From assembly GCF_009834535.1 (NCBI RefSeq), contig NC_045697.1, positions 17,424,001 to 17,488,000 on the forward strand: 64,000 bases of DNA, read 5' to 3'. The notes beneath the pieces were generated by a model. That model had not been told where the DNA came from. It made no database searches and worked only from the letters and a program-made list of their open reading frames with translations. Positions within the stretch are counted from its first letter, which is position 1. Each line of letters opens with the position of its first letter. Positions 23,991 through 36,390 of this stretch are shown here, piece by piece. The position numbers and the translations under genes were made by a program. This DNA is from Camelus ferus. Lineage: Eukaryota.

Positions 23991-24744
23991 TGGTCCTCCA
24001 GCCAGACCCTCGTATTGGGGAACTGGGAGTGAGGGACTGAGATGCCACCTACACAGCTACCCTGCCTGGGGTGCTGAGGCTCACTGCCCCGGGGTCCTAT
24101 TGCCGCCAGAGTCTCCATAGAGTTCAGTCTCCTATTGGATTTTCCCTGATGTAGGACCTGTTTCCAGGAGTGATTGGAAATGAATATGAAATCCCCAAGG
24201 TGGATTCACGCTCAGGAAAAAGTGCAAAAATGATTCTTCAGCTGCCTTGCACCTGAATCTCTAGCCTTTCTCTAAATCGGCCTGAGGTTGCTCCCACTCT
24301 GACTTTGATTTCTGTTGTAAGCCCGCTTCATTCCGAGCAGGGGAGGATCTCTTCCGGAAGCAGGCCAAGGCATCAGCTTCAGAACCTTCATCAGGTGTGT
24401 CACAAGGAGGCACATCAGCTCTGAGAATGTGTGTGAATGAGCTTTGTAAACAGGGAAGGGCAGGACAAGGTAAGGCTGGAGGCTTCCCTCAAGTAGAACA
24501 GGGCTTCCTTGCACCACGTGCATAAGAAAGTGAACTTTAGTAATTAACCTATTTAAAAAATAACTGAGCACCTACTCTATGCAAGGCACCATTGAAGGCA
24601 GAACCTGTATATCATTTATCTCTTTATGCTTCATCCCAGGCACAGGACCTGGAAGAGAGAAGCTGGGTGTTGCTGTACTATGCAGCGAGCCTCAGAATCC
24701 TCCAGGTACATCTCTGGGTGCACCTGCACGCCTGCATCTTACCG

Positions 24745-25020
24745 CGGTGGTTCAAACCATGGGCTCTGGAGTCAGGCTTGAATTAAATTCCAGATGGCTC
24801 AATTGTGAATGATGTGGTCATTGGCAAGTCACTTAGCTTCTATAAATCTCCGTGACCTCACCTATAAAGTAGGGGAGCCATTAGATCAAAGAACACAAAA
24901 TTATTGCTTTTGTAAGCTCCAAATCAACAATTTCATATGGCTCGACCACCTATGATAAAGGAATGTTGAGAGGATTAAATGAGATTAGGCACTAAAAATT
25001 TCATCCAGTCCCTGTCACAA
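24745..25020 (+). mobile_element. MIR SINE with internal insertion
   Basis: gtggttcaaaccatgggctctggagtcag...ggcaagtcacttagcttct; resumes gagaggattaaatgaga. Confidence 0.8.
24881..24952. mobile_element. MADE2-like mariner MITE
   Basis: About 70 bp, TA-bounded, right arm caatttcatatggctcgacc; left arm degraded. Confidence 0.45.
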
Positions 25021-25801
25021 GGTGAGGAGCCCCCTTGAGCCTTCTCTTCTTTTTAGGATAGTAAGAAATTAAACTAAAATAATTATTATTATTTGTACCT
25101 GGGGAGGACAGTTTGGCTCGTGGGTGTTGGAGGGGGGCTACTTCTCCATCTCTCAAATTCCATTAAGAGTTTTCCCTGACCACTCCTGGCCTCTTGCCAC
25201 ACCCTCATCCCTCTCCTTGGAGATGGAGTGAGTTGCCTAACTGGTGAGTGACAGCCATTGGTCCACATTTTTTGATGGGGAAGAACTGGTCCATCAAGAA
25301 TATTAAAGATAGGGGTGCATGTGTGCACGCACGCGCCTCTCTCTGCCCTCCTCCCCCTCCACGATCCTCCCCTAAGCCAGTGCCAGGCAGCCATCCTGCA
25401 TGAGGTATCTGTTCCTTAGACTCAACCGTCCCCTGCTGGTGTTCAGCTGTAGAATGGCATGTGTGGGTCACAGTAGAGGCAGGGAGAATGAGGAACCCAC
25501 ATCTAAGTCCTACCCACCATCCAGTTTAGTAGCAATAAAGCAGATGTTTTGATATCCATCTTTTCATTCCCAGCCCTCTGATTTGATTTAGAATTGGGCA
25601 CAGAGGAGAGTGCTGGAGTTAATTAGTTCCCTCAGCTACCACGGAAGGGAATGGACCAACTGGCTCTGAGAAGGCGTTGTGGTAACAACTCAGCTTGCAT
25701 GAGCTGGAAGAAAGTCTAGACTGGCAGGAAAAGGGAAGGAGCTCACAGTGTGGCCACAGTAAGTAATTTCAGACTTTCAGCTGGGGAGGCAAAATCAAGC
25801 A

Positions 25802-25937
25802 CAGATGTCCCTTGGTATCCTTGGGGGATTGGTTCCAGGACCCTTGTGGATACCCAAATCCCGATGCTCAAGTCCCTTATATAAAGTGGCATAGTACAGT
25901 CAGCCCTCCCCATCCTCGGATTCGGGCATCCCCATAT
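25802..25937 (+). mobile_element. MER2/Tigger-type TcMar element
   Basis: cagatgtcccttggtatccttgggggattggttccaggaccc...gatgctcaagtcccttatataaagtggcatagta. Confidence 0.85.
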
Positions 25938-26250
25938 GGGATTCCATTGTTGTATCACTGCTCTCTTGGTGAGGGAATCCCAACTGAGGGGCGGGGTGGG
26001 GTGGTGGTGGACAGCTTCCTTGGCCATCATAGCCAGAGAAACTTTCCTCGCTAGGGGCACTGACTATCGTCTCCAGCTTTCTGTATTTTCAGAAACTTTT
26101 TCTTCTTTCTCCAAATTCCTGTTACTTTGTCCTGCTTTCCTGCCCTCTCCCCAACCCGCCCCAGTCCTAGACATCGCCTTCGCCTTCCCAGTGCTCTCCC
26201 CCTTGCTCTGCTGTACAAAGAAGTCCTGCCCCAGCCCCCTTGCTGTAGTT

Positions 26251-26682
26251 CAGGGGCTCCTCAGCAAGGCTGATTCAGGGATTGGCAAGCCTGGGTGAGA
26301 AAGATCACATCTTTATGGTCTTTCTAACTGAAATTTAGCACTTCCTTTCAGTACTGAATGTAGGCAACAAACCACAGTAGTTTGAGCAGAACAAGTGTAT
26401 TTGTCACTAATACAAAACACAGGTATTTCCATATCACATGCATACAATTGTTACAGATATGTCAGAATGTCATTTAGGTTCTTCGGAACTTTGAAGTTAC
26501 CATACTTTTTACACCTGCTGCTAGAGCTTGCTAGATATTGCTAAATTATTAACTATTCTGGTAATTGTGTTTCCGTATAACTGCTTTCCTTTAAAATCCT
26601 ATGTTTTTATTTTATGCACTTGGAGACATTATCACCATATTGCCAGAGGATCCCATGGCACAATAAAGAACGAGAATTCATG
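26251..26682. mobile_element. MER113-like hAT-Charlie element
   Basis: ctaactgaaatttagca...tgaatgtaggcaacaaaccacagtagt; tattttatgcac...tgccagaggatcccatggcaca. Confidence 0.8.
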
Positions 26683-27014
26683 CTTTGGCAGGAAAAAGCA
26701 CTGTAGAAGGTATACAATTAGTTATCTTTAATGTGATCAGTCCCAGCTGGGACTCTCACCTGCAGTCAGGGTCAGCCACCAGGAGGGCAGTGGTACAAAA
26801 GCAGACACTTGGCCTGTCCATAGAAGGGGCTGTAGATGGTGGTTCCTCAGCTGGCCCTCACCCTCCAGACATGAGGATGACACTCCTGCTGGTCAGAGCG
26901 GCTGGCTGTTTCCTCTCCTCTTGAATAGGGGAGGCCCTGGGACTTCCGAGTGTGGTGGTCAGTGCATCTTCCCAGGCCAGGTTCTCAGAAGTGGCCTTTA
27001 TCACTTCCTCCAGG

Positions 27015-27228
27015 ACAGGCCCCAGCTGAGGTCCCAGCCAACAGCCACATCAGCCACCAGACACTGGAGAAAGGACGCTGACTCCAGATTCCAGCCCCAG
27101 CCATCCGTGCAACCACATGAAGACCCAGAGACCACCTCACTCAGCCCCACACGCCAAGCCGGGAGAAATAACAAAGGGACTGTTGTTGCTTTAAGGCGCT
27201 AAGTTCTGGGATGTCTTGTTCCACAGCC
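27015..27228 (+). mobile_element. MLT1-type LTR 3' part
   Basis: cccagctgaggtcccagccaacagccacatcagccaccagaca; tgttgttgctttaaggcgctaagttctgggatg. Confidence 0.75.
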
Positions 27229-27418
27229 CTCGTGCCCAGAACAGAAGGGGCCTGGGACGGTACTTCTGCCCTTCTTCCAGGGATGCTGTTTTCTGACCTG
27301 CAGCTAGTGCACGAAGTACAGGACGTCTGCAGCCCAAACTCGAAACACGTATCTATATTGTGAGGCAGGTGTTTCACTAAATGGTTTTATGTTTTCTGTC
27401 TTGTGTTAGACTCAAGAA

Positions 27419-27620
27419 CAGAGCTGTCCAATAGAAATTTCTGCAAGGATGAAAACAGTCTCCATCTGTGCTCTCCAGTGTGGTAGCCACTGCCTACATA
27501 CAGTTACTGAGCACTTGAAATGTGGCTAGAGTGACTGAGAAAGTGACTTTTAAATTTTCTTCATTTTATTTAAATCTAAATAGCCAAACATGTTACTGGC
27601 TACTTTGTTGAACAGTACAG
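27419..27620. mobile_element. MER3 hAT-Charlie element
   Basis: cagagctgtccaatagaaatttctgcaaggatg...gtagccact...tgagcacttgaaatgtggctag...ggctactttgttgaacagtacag. Confidence 0.88.
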
Positions 27621-28663
27621 CTCTTGAGGGACCGTTTTAGATTCCATGTGCTCATAACATCAATTCTTACCTTCATCCTATATCTGTTTTATTTCATGAA
27701 GGACATACTTACCTGACTGGTGTGTGGCCTACTGAAAAATTACTGAAGGGTCTGCTTTTGGCAAACAAAACAAAACAACCACCTTGAAAAACCAAAAACA
27801 AATCAACAACTCTATCAAACTGACATTATGGTACCAAGTGCTCGTGGAAGCTCTGAGGCTGTCTCATTAGAGGGTCAAAGTGGCATCCAGCCCCGATCCG
27901 TTGAATGCCGAAGGGTCCCAGCCCCAGGCCTGCTGCTATACTGGACTCCTGGGATGCTATATTGTGAAGTGAACTGGGTTTCTCCACAGAAACAAGGCAG
28001 AGCAGGGCCAGGAATCTCCAAGTCTGTGCGTAGAAAAAAGAGAGTCGGGTGTGGACTTTCACTTTTGCACACTTCATATTGTTTACATTATTTTTTGTTC
28101 AATGGGTGTGATTAATACTTCCATGCATACCCTGGATGTTACAGCTTTATTTTTTAGGGAAGGAAAACCTTCTATTTCTAAAAGCACTGTTTTATTTAAA
28201 GAGCGATCTATTCAGTTCAAAAATACAGTAAAATCTGAAAATTAGAGACTGTGAAAAACCCGCTCAGATTATTGAACAAACCCTGAATTAGTGAATGCCC
28301 ATGCTATTTGTAAGGCAAAGTAGACGTGTCACTCTCAACACTGACAAGTAACACAAACTAATAGGAGATGCAGTGCTGCCAGGAGGAAATTCTGCCAAAT
28401 CGACTCAATGAATTATAATCATTTGTAATCAGTCCATTAATTAACTGGGCACAAAAGGTTGCTGAAAAGAGTTCAAGAGTGTTTTCCCAAGTAGGTTAAA
28501 TATAGCCCTCCCACCTCATTCGCTTACATGGACCCTGCCCTCAACCAACCCGAATTTTATTCAGAGAAAAAAAGTAAGTGTCAGTCTTGTCTAAATTTTC
28601 CAAATTTTCACAAACTAGAATTTAAAAGGGTCCAAATGAATAAGCTTCTGGTGTAAAATAGGA

Positions 28664-28665
<2 letters not shown>

Positions 28666-28695
<30 letters not shown>

Positions 28696-28697
28696 AC
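28666..28697. repeat. (CAAAA)n microsatellite
   Basis: Read directly. Confidence 0.9.
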
Positions 28698-29044
28698 CCA
28701 GACCTAAAACCAAAAGAGTAAAGGGAAGAAATCAAACAATCGTAAATAGTCACTGAACACCACAAAGGAACATGGATTAAAGAGGAAAAAAGGACATGTT
28801 TCGGCTTTCAGGCGCTTACATTTTAATCAGTGGCTGACAATGTAATTATAAAAAGAAACAATATTGGCCAGATGCCAGTATTTGGCTAGGAATTTCTTTT
28901 CCTCCTTTTAGTAGGAGCTACAAAAGAATAGAAATGTTTCCAAATTCTGGGCCCTCAAGCAACATGTTTTAGAAAGCAGCTTTCTAATTATTCTAAAAAC
29001 GACTCTTAAGAAGGAAAAACTAAAACAAACTAACTGCTCGAGAG

Positions 29045-29485
29045 GTGCAAGCTCACTGTAGAAAAATGCTTAAAAATAGAGAAGCAAAAGAAGATAAAAA
29101 AAAATACCTGTAATCCTGCCATTCAAAGATAAACAGTTAATTTTTTTACATTCTTTTTGAATTTTTACATGCGTTAATTTACTTGTGTATTTATTCACCC
29201 AATTGGTATTTTAGATATTGTTTGAAACCTGTTTTTCCCCTTCCCCTTAATAATAAATCAACAACATATTTCTCTGGCAATAAATAATCACGATATCTAT
29301 GAAGTCTTTCACTGCATGGGTAGTTCACAATGTATCTGACCAATCCCTACTATTGGACATTTAAGTTATTTTTTTCCACCAAAAACAGTGCTGTGATCAA
29401 TGGTCTCATTGTCACATCTTTGTGTACATCTTTGATTTCTTTCCACAGGAAATGATATTGGTGGGTGAAAGACCATACATAGCAG
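29045..29485 (-). mobile_element. Ancient L1 (L1ME-like) 3' end
   Basis: gctcactgtagaaaaatg; accaatccctactattggacatttaagtt. Confidence 0.65.
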
Positions 29486-29559
29486 ATACATTTATGAGAA
29501 ACGATTCCTCAGTTTGAATGAAATTCAAAATATTTAAGTAGTGTGGCTGGTGAAGTCTG

Positions 29560-29722
29560 ACAGATACCTGATTAGCTGTGTGAGCTCAGACAAGTTAACT
29601 GCTGAGGGTCACATGGTGGAGCGAATGACCGCCAGGGGGCTTGTTGGGATGGTTCCAAGAAATAACACATGAAAGTGTTCCCAGCACAGCGCCTGGCACA
29701 TAGTAGGTGCTTCATAAATGTC
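29560..29722 (+). mobile_element. MIR SINE
   Basis: tagctgtgtgagctcagacaagttaac...gcacagcgcctggcacatagtaggtgcttcataaatg. Confidence 0.75.
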
Positions 29723-30419
29723 AAGTCCTTTCCTTTCTCATCCCCACCTGATATGAAACATAGTCTTGTTCACAGAGAGAGAGAGGCTAGCAAACAGAGA
29801 ATGTTGTCTACATGCCTCTTTAGGAGAAAAGGCTTGTGGTGGCTTTTCATGCTTTTTATTTGTCTGTTTTTCACGGCTAGAGTTTCCCCAGCCTAGCAAG
29901 GAAGCTTTACAGTGCATTACTTCAGCATTTCAATCTGCCCTTCGGGTATTATGAAAGGTTAAAACCCACACAACGAGGCAGAGTAAAGCTTGTTTACTGC
30001 AAGATTCATGTCTGGTCTTGAAAGGTATTTTCCTCCCTTGCCCCACAGCACTGATGAAAAGGAAGATGGCTGCTACACCGAGGGCGTGGGTGATGCATGC
30101 AAATTGGGTTCTGCACGGGCAGGTTGGGATGCGGAGGGCTTCTTCCTAGTCTACAAGCACACCTGGACTCCTGTGCCCAGGTGACAGCCAGACAAGCTCT
30201 TTCCCCGCCCCCATCTCCCAGCTCACCCTCTCTGGAGACTCTTTCCCGGGCAGGGATCTCCAAGGAGTCCTTTACGCGTCAGAATGCATTTCAGTCAACG
30301 GCTGCCTTTCCCAGGGGTATCTGCATTTCAGGATGCAGCTCTCTCTATGGGATGCGAGGGTTGTCAGTGTTAAAATGTTCTCTAATAATTCAGGCGGCCC
30401 TGCTTCCTTCCCTCTCCTT

Positions 30420-30655
30420 CCTTCCAACAGCCATTTATTAAACACATGGCACTCCAGGCTGTGTCCCGCGCTGAACCACCACGGATAAGACAACAAGCTC
30501 TCTGCCCTCTTGAAACTTACTTTTGGATAAAAAGATAGACACAAATACACAAATACACACCAAGTACACAAATACACACCCAATTATGAAGTCATCGAGA
30601 GGGTTTAGTCTAGGTGGGATGGTCAGAGAGACCCGTCTCCCCAAGAGGCAGTGAT
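30420..30655 (-). mobile_element. L2 3' end
   Basis: ccttccaacagccatttattaaacac...ccaggctgtg...ctctgccctcttgaaacttactttt. Confidence 0.65.
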
Positions 30656-31594
30656 ATTTAAACTCCTTTCAATCTTAGCAAAGTTTCTTTCTTGCCCAGA
30701 AATGAGCATGTCGATTACTACATCAGTGGGGAGGTGGAAGCTTTGGTCTATTTTAATAATAATAACCTACACTTATTGAATGCTCTGTGCTCGTCAGGCT
30801 AATGTCATTTTGTTGTAGCTTGTCTTTAGGGCAAATCTTTGATAGAGGAATTATTACCTCCAAAGAATCAGAGGGGTTTTCCCCAAATCATACTAGAAAT
30901 GGTGGAGGCGCAAAAATCTGAACCCAGCTTTCCTTGGCTCTATAATCAGTGTCTTTTCTGTAATACCATATCCTCTCCCTTCCTAAGAACTAAGGTTTGT
31001 GACATCAGGACTCTTGTTCCACAAAGGGGAAATAATTTAATTTAGAATATACCCAGATCAGTTTCCAGCACACAACAAAGACTTTACTATTTTGCCTGAT
31101 TTGAAAGAGTCTACAAACCTTGAATTTCCCCCTGACTCTCTCTAGCCCTTCCCTTTGGAGGAAATAATCCAGTTGAGCCAGTCGATATTCACCTGTGTTG
31201 CCAGAGACCCACAGCCCTGGTGTGGGGTGGCACCCATCCCTGCCCCGCCCATGATTCCCTCCCCGCCTCTCTTCTTCCTTCTGTGTCCCATATTGGTTTG
31301 AATTCTATTGACGTAGCTATCACAGGTTTGCATGTCCATCCTTATCCTGGAGCCCACCATCATTACAGATCCAAAGGCTAGCCCCATGCTCTGGTCCCCC
31401 TGTGACGGCATTTGTGGAAATTATTGTTCCGTTACTAGGACACAGGAGCACTGAGCAGAAACCACAGCTTTGCAAGGAAGCACCTGATATTTCATCACTG
31501 GAAATCTGTTCAGAGTCTTCTCTTACAATACAGATGCACTTTTAGGAGAAATGCCTTGAGTATTTCCAGCTAATAACTTCACATGGATGAATAT

Positions 31595-31835
31595 CAATAA
31601 CATTTACATTTATATGGCACTTCCCAAAGTGCCCCTGCTTATATTAAGTCCTAGGGTCTTCCCCCAAACCACGATTTGGGCCACCAACCATGATTTCCAC
31701 TGTAGACAAAGAAGCACGTAATACCTATCTGCAATTTTAGGTAGAAAGCCACTGGCCCCAGGGAGCCCAGCTGGTAATTGATCCAACTGAGACTCAAATC
31801 CAAGGCGTTGCAAATTGAGACCAAGTGCTCCTTTC
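31595..31835 (-). mobile_element. MIR/MIR3 SINE
   Basis: aataacatttacatttatatggcacttcccaaagtgc...ctgagactcaaatccaagg. Confidence 0.55.
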
Positions 31836-32074
31836 AAACACTGTTTAATGCTGCAGAGCAATTTTCTGGACCTTACTGTGGCAGCTGGGTGGAAGAGAGG
31901 GTTCAAGGGAGGTAGTACACAGGATAAATGGAGGAAGTCAGGGTGTGAGGATTGATAGATTGAATGAACGCTTAATTCGTTCATGCATAAATTTCACAAA
32001 CATTTACTGAACACTGTCACCTGCTGTGTGAGTCTAGTTGAAAGCCTACTCACCAGGGAGATAATACTCGCACG

Positions 32075-32357
32075 TGGCAGAGGCCTGCTAGCATTCCCTT
32101 CTCTTCCCTGGCTCCGCAGATAGACTACATTTCCCAGCCTCCCTTGTGCCTGGTGCCTGCGGTCTAGCTAACGGAGTGTGAACAGAAAACCTCGCTCTTC
32201 CTCACTGAAACTTTCCCTTTAATGCAGATGAGCATGGAGAGCTTAGAAGCTCTGAATTATTTAATCCTGCCAATTTGGAATACCCATTAAACATACACTT
32301 CTGTCACATTAAACTGCTGAAAGTTTGGAGTTTATCTTTCATAATGATTAGTGTTAC
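32075..32357 (+). mobile_element. MLT1I/J-like LTR (internally deleted)
   Basis: tagactacatttcccagcctcccttg; ttaaactgctgaaagtttggagtttatctttcataat. Confidence 0.6.
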
Positions 32358-32559
32358 CAGTGCTTCTTAACCAGGTTGCGGGATAGAATTAAGGCCTCAT
32401 ACCCTAAGGCATCCACTGTAGGTAGTGAATTAATTTCTCTCCTATGCATCTAAAATGGTGCTAGTTCTCTCTCATCCTTAGGAGAATTGAGAATATAGTC
32501 ACTCACACAATTTTCTGGGGAGTTTAATTCTCTTGGGGAATCCCTGTTGAGAAAGGCTG
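32358..32559. mobile_element. Probable hAT-Charlie MITE
   Basis: Imperfect terminal inverted repeats cagtgcttcttaac and gttgagaaaggctg; family not identified. Confidence 0.45.
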
Positions 32560-32697
32560 GATACAGCTGAGCCATCCCTGTCCTCGGGGGTTTATTATAA
32601 TCCTGTTGTAGAAACTGGACAGATGCACGTATCTCTGCAAGGGAAAGTGAAAAGGGAAACGTGCGTGGTTTCGCTTCTTCCTCCTGTGAAGGAGACT

Positions 32698-32810
32698 TTA
32701 TCATTGTCATTTTACAAATGAGGAAACGGTGAAGTTAAGTCAATAAATGTTCAGTGTGGCCCCACCAGAACGTGGTGAGGCCAGGATTTGAACCTGTGTC
32801 TGAGGGACTC
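32698..32810 (-). mobile_element. MIR SINE
   Basis: cattttacaaatgaggaaacgg...gccaggatttgaacctgtgtctg. Confidence 0.75.
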
Positions 32811-33789
32811 TTGCTTGTGCTGGGAAGGACTCCATCCAAGCCACTGCAGAGTAAGCCAGTTTAGTCTAATCCTCAATTCTCTTCATGGCCTCCAAGGACC
32901 AGAGGCTCCAAGAGTTTTATTCTCAAGGACAAAGATAATATTTCCCTTCTGGAAAGGACAGTTCTCTCTCCATTACCTCTACTCTTAGTCACCACTGAGA
33001 TGCTCCCTCCTCATTTCCCTCAACACTACCCTGGGCATGTTGGTGGGAAATATCACTAAAAACCAATCATCCAAGTGAATCAGTAAAAAGAAGAGTCATC
33101 CTACATTCTGACTTAGGAAAAGGGGGACTAATTTATGAAATTTTGGGAGGTACGATGAGGAAAGCAAAGGGTTGTTAGTTTACCGAGAGAATTAGGTTAA
33201 CTAACAACCATCTTCCAAAAGCATAATTAAGTCTCTCAGCCCTCAAGTGAGGTGAGGAGATAATTGATTTCTGCGCGGCTGATGGGGGAAGTGATGGGGG
33301 AGGTGATTTGCCCACGGCCGACAAGAGAAACAACATCTGCCCTGGGATGAACATCGAAGATTTTCTGGCTCTTGGTCCTTTGTTCCACTTTTGAATCTGG
33401 AATGCTCAAGGCCCAGAAGAATTGTGTGTGTGTGAGCACCCCAGAGCAGGACCGTCAACCAAGATACTCTGTGCAAATGAGAGACCAAATAATGAAGGCC
33501 TCACTTCTTAGTCGTTTTCTGTCCTTCAAAGAAGTAACACAAACAATGCACTACTTCTGAGAGTCATGGCCATATGCACTCATTTTAATAAGTACTGGCA
33601 CTTCTCATTACAAGTGCTGCCCATCATCCAGTGACTTGTGATGCAGGAAAGTACTTGGAGATCTTAAAATTTAAAGCAATATCTGGAACAAACTAGAGAG
33701 AAAGTAATGAAAGGGGAAAAAAAAGAAAAGAAGAATGAGTAACACGGCGGGGGAGGGAAGCATTCTAGAAGAAGAATTACTGAATTCAC

Positions 33790-34165
33790 TAATTACTGAA
33801 TGCTCACTCTGCACAAGGAGCTTTTCAAATGTTTCTCACAAACTCTAGGTGATAAGCATTTAATTATTTTATACAGATGTGAAAACTGAGGCTTAGATGG
33901 GAAGTATTTTGTCCAAGTTAAGGAGGGACAGGGGTGGGATGGAGTTGGGGGGAGGGTGTAACTCAGAGGTAGAGTGTGTGCTTAGCATAAGCATGAGATC
34001 CTGGGTCCAATCCCCAGTACCTCCATCAAAATAGGTAAACAAACAAACGAACAAACCTAATTACCCCCTCCCCCTAAAAAAAAACCCAAAACAAACAAAA
34101 CAAAAACAACAACAAAAAAGAATGGACAGGACCCATATTCGAATCCAAGTTTGCAAGTCAGCCTG
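33790..34165 (-). mobile_element. MIR SINE interrupted by vic-1-type SINE
   Basis: ttactgaatgctcactctg...tacagatgtgaaaactgaggcttag; resumes attcgaatccaagt. Confidence 0.65.
33947..34119 (+). mobile_element. tRNA-Ala-derived SINE (camelid vic-1 type)
   Basis: ggggagggtgtaactcagaggtagagtgtgtgcttagcat...tcctgggtccaatccccagtacctcc...cctaattacccc then A-rich tail. Confidence 0.9.
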
Positions 34166-34174
34166 TTACCATAA

Positions 34175-35127
34175 TGTGTTAAAAAAACAAATAAAAATCA
34201 CCCCCCACCAAACAAAACAACCCAGTCCTGTCTGCCTCTTGTGTGACTTTCTCCTTTACCACTTACACAGAACACTTCACTTCTGACGGTTCTGGTCACC
34301 AAATGTGTGCGAGTTTTCCCCCAACCAAGGACTTCTCTGACCCCAGCTGGGTGTCTTATAATTTAACTCAATGCTGACACCATCTACCTGGAGGGCGTGT
34401 TGCATTCCGCAGGTTCAGGGATCAGCCCAGTGAGATCACCCTCTGCTTCGGATGCCAATTGCTAGTATAGGTCCCCAGGTTACTCACAACTTCTGTCCCA
34501 TTTGGCTACAAATCAAAGGTTCCCATGACCTCTTTCCCCTTGGATTTGATTAGTTTGCTAGAGTGGCTCACAGAACTCAGGGCAACATTTGCTTAGGTTT
34601 ACCAGTTTATTCGAAAAGCATAGGACAGAGGATACAGATGAATACACAGATGGAAGAAATGTGTAGGGCAAAGTTATGTGGGGAGGGGTGTGGAGCTTCC
34701 ACGGCCGCTCCAGGGACACCACTGTCCCCATACTGCCACCTGTTTGACAACCTGGGAAGCTCTCAGAACCCCAAGCTATTGGAATTTTATGGAAAACTCA
34801 TTCCATTCATATGATCAATCATTAACTCCACTTTCAGCCCTTCTCCCTTCTCCAGAGAATGAAAGATGAGGCTGAAAATTCCAAGCTTCTAACCATGGCT
34901 TGTTGTTGCTGGTGACCAGCCCTCATCCACCTTGTTAGAGCAAAAGACGCCCTCATCACTCAGCAACTTACAAGGGTTTCAGGAGCGCTGTTTCAGGAAC
35001 TGCGGTCAAAGACAAATAGAAGAAAAGATGTTCCTGGTGTGCTTATCACTTAGGAAATTATGAGTTTCAGGAGCTCTGTGCCAGGAACAAGGGGCAGAGA
35101 CCAATACACATCTTCTATTATCTCACA
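34175..35127 (-). mobile_element. MER21-like solo LTR
   Basis: TG...CA ends; flanks cataa/cttaa (5-bp TSD, one mismatch); tgacaccatctacctggag, ttgctagagtggctcacagaactcaggg, caggagctctgtgccaggaac. Confidence 0.88.
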
Positions 35128-35194
35128 CTTAACAACTGCGTTGTTGCCTACAGATCTGACCGAAGGAGTTCGGGAGAAGGCCTGTTAGAATTCT

Positions 35195-35330
35195 GTGCTT
35201 ACGTGTCTATTGTTCTCTGCTTGACCGAAAGCTCCTTGAGGACCAGAGTCAAGATTTGATAACTTTATCTCCCCAGAGCCTAAAGCAGTTTGTGAGAGCA
35301 ATAAATGTTTGTTGCAATGAACGAATAAAC
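35195..35330 (+). mobile_element. L2 3' end
   Basis: aagctccttgaggaccag...tttatctccccagagcctaaagcag...caataaatgtttgttgcaatgaacgaat. Confidence 0.8.
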
Positions 35331-35749
35331 ACCTGCAATGAACCATAAGCCAAGAATCAAATATCTTACCTTCTCATCTTATCCTGAGTCATCGGTGGTC
35401 TTTTGGGCTCTCAAAATATAGGTCACATTGGCTTGCCTTCCTCCATTCTCACCATGTCCAACTTCATGGGCTGAGGAAGTCCAAAGCTCACTCTGGAACG
35501 TCTGGAAATTTTAGGTAAGTCACATCTAGATTCTGAGACTTCACTTTCTCTCCTGTACGTGTTTTGATTTAGGTGAGGGAGGCAGACACGTGCCTAAAAG
35601 GGTCAGGCAAGTATTGAGAGTGAGTGAGGCAGGTATTTAGTGTAAGACAATCGGCAGTGGTGACAATTATGGCCAAGAGCAAAGATACCCCAGGCGGGGG
35701 ACGAAGCTACTATCTGGCTTCAGTTGATAGCTGTGTGGGAACGAGGGCT

Positions 35750-35926
35750 CAGTGTAGCCACATTTCCAGTTTTTTTTTTTTAAAAGATGCAGAAAGTCTG
35801 GATTTTTATGGGAAAGCTTCCAATTCTTAAATGTTGGCATAGAAATGTTCAGAAACACAGAGTGAGCCAAACTCAACACATCTGTGCGCCGAAATCAGCC
35901 CCTGGGCCTCAAGGGTGCAGCCTCTG
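35750..35926 (+). mobile_element. MER102-like hAT element, 3' part
   Basis: agaaagtctggatttttatgggaaagcttccaattcttaaatgttggca...gagccaaactcaacacatctg. Confidence 0.6.
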
Positions 35927-36319
35927 GACCAGATGGTGTCTAAAATCTTTTCCACCCTGAAAGGATTTGGCCTGGTGGCAGATCATCGCTTCAATCTGTA
36001 TGTTTTTGGCTCTCTGGTCTATTTCTGCCACAGTTTAAGCAGAGTGGACGAGGGCTTAAGTGTAACCGTGTTTATAAACACCCTAAAGAATTCCATATGG
36101 TATGCCGAATGTGAAGTTGGCTTAATTTGAAAAGATTAAATGTACTCAGGCAATTGCAGAGTTGTCTGTTTCATAAATCAATGCAATTTGTCGGCAGGCC
36201 GAGAAGGGATGAGCTTTTGGAAACGCAGCTGGTGTGACCAGTGAGCCCAGTGGTGGAGCGTCAGAGGCAAGCGGTGTGACTGTAGTTCTCCTGAACACTC
36301 ACACCTCTTCCTCTTTGTA

Positions 36320-36342
36320 ACACACACACACACACACACACA
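36320..36342. repeat. (CA)n microsatellite
   Basis: Read directly. Confidence 0.95.
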
Positions 36343-36390
36343 GTGCGCCCCTTCTCCCTATCCCCCACCCCTGATTTTGTTCCCTGCTTC

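Noticed and set aside
34940..35100. Two similar blocks ending tttcaggagc...caggaac
   Set aside because: Internal duplication within the MER21-like LTR, not an independent array.
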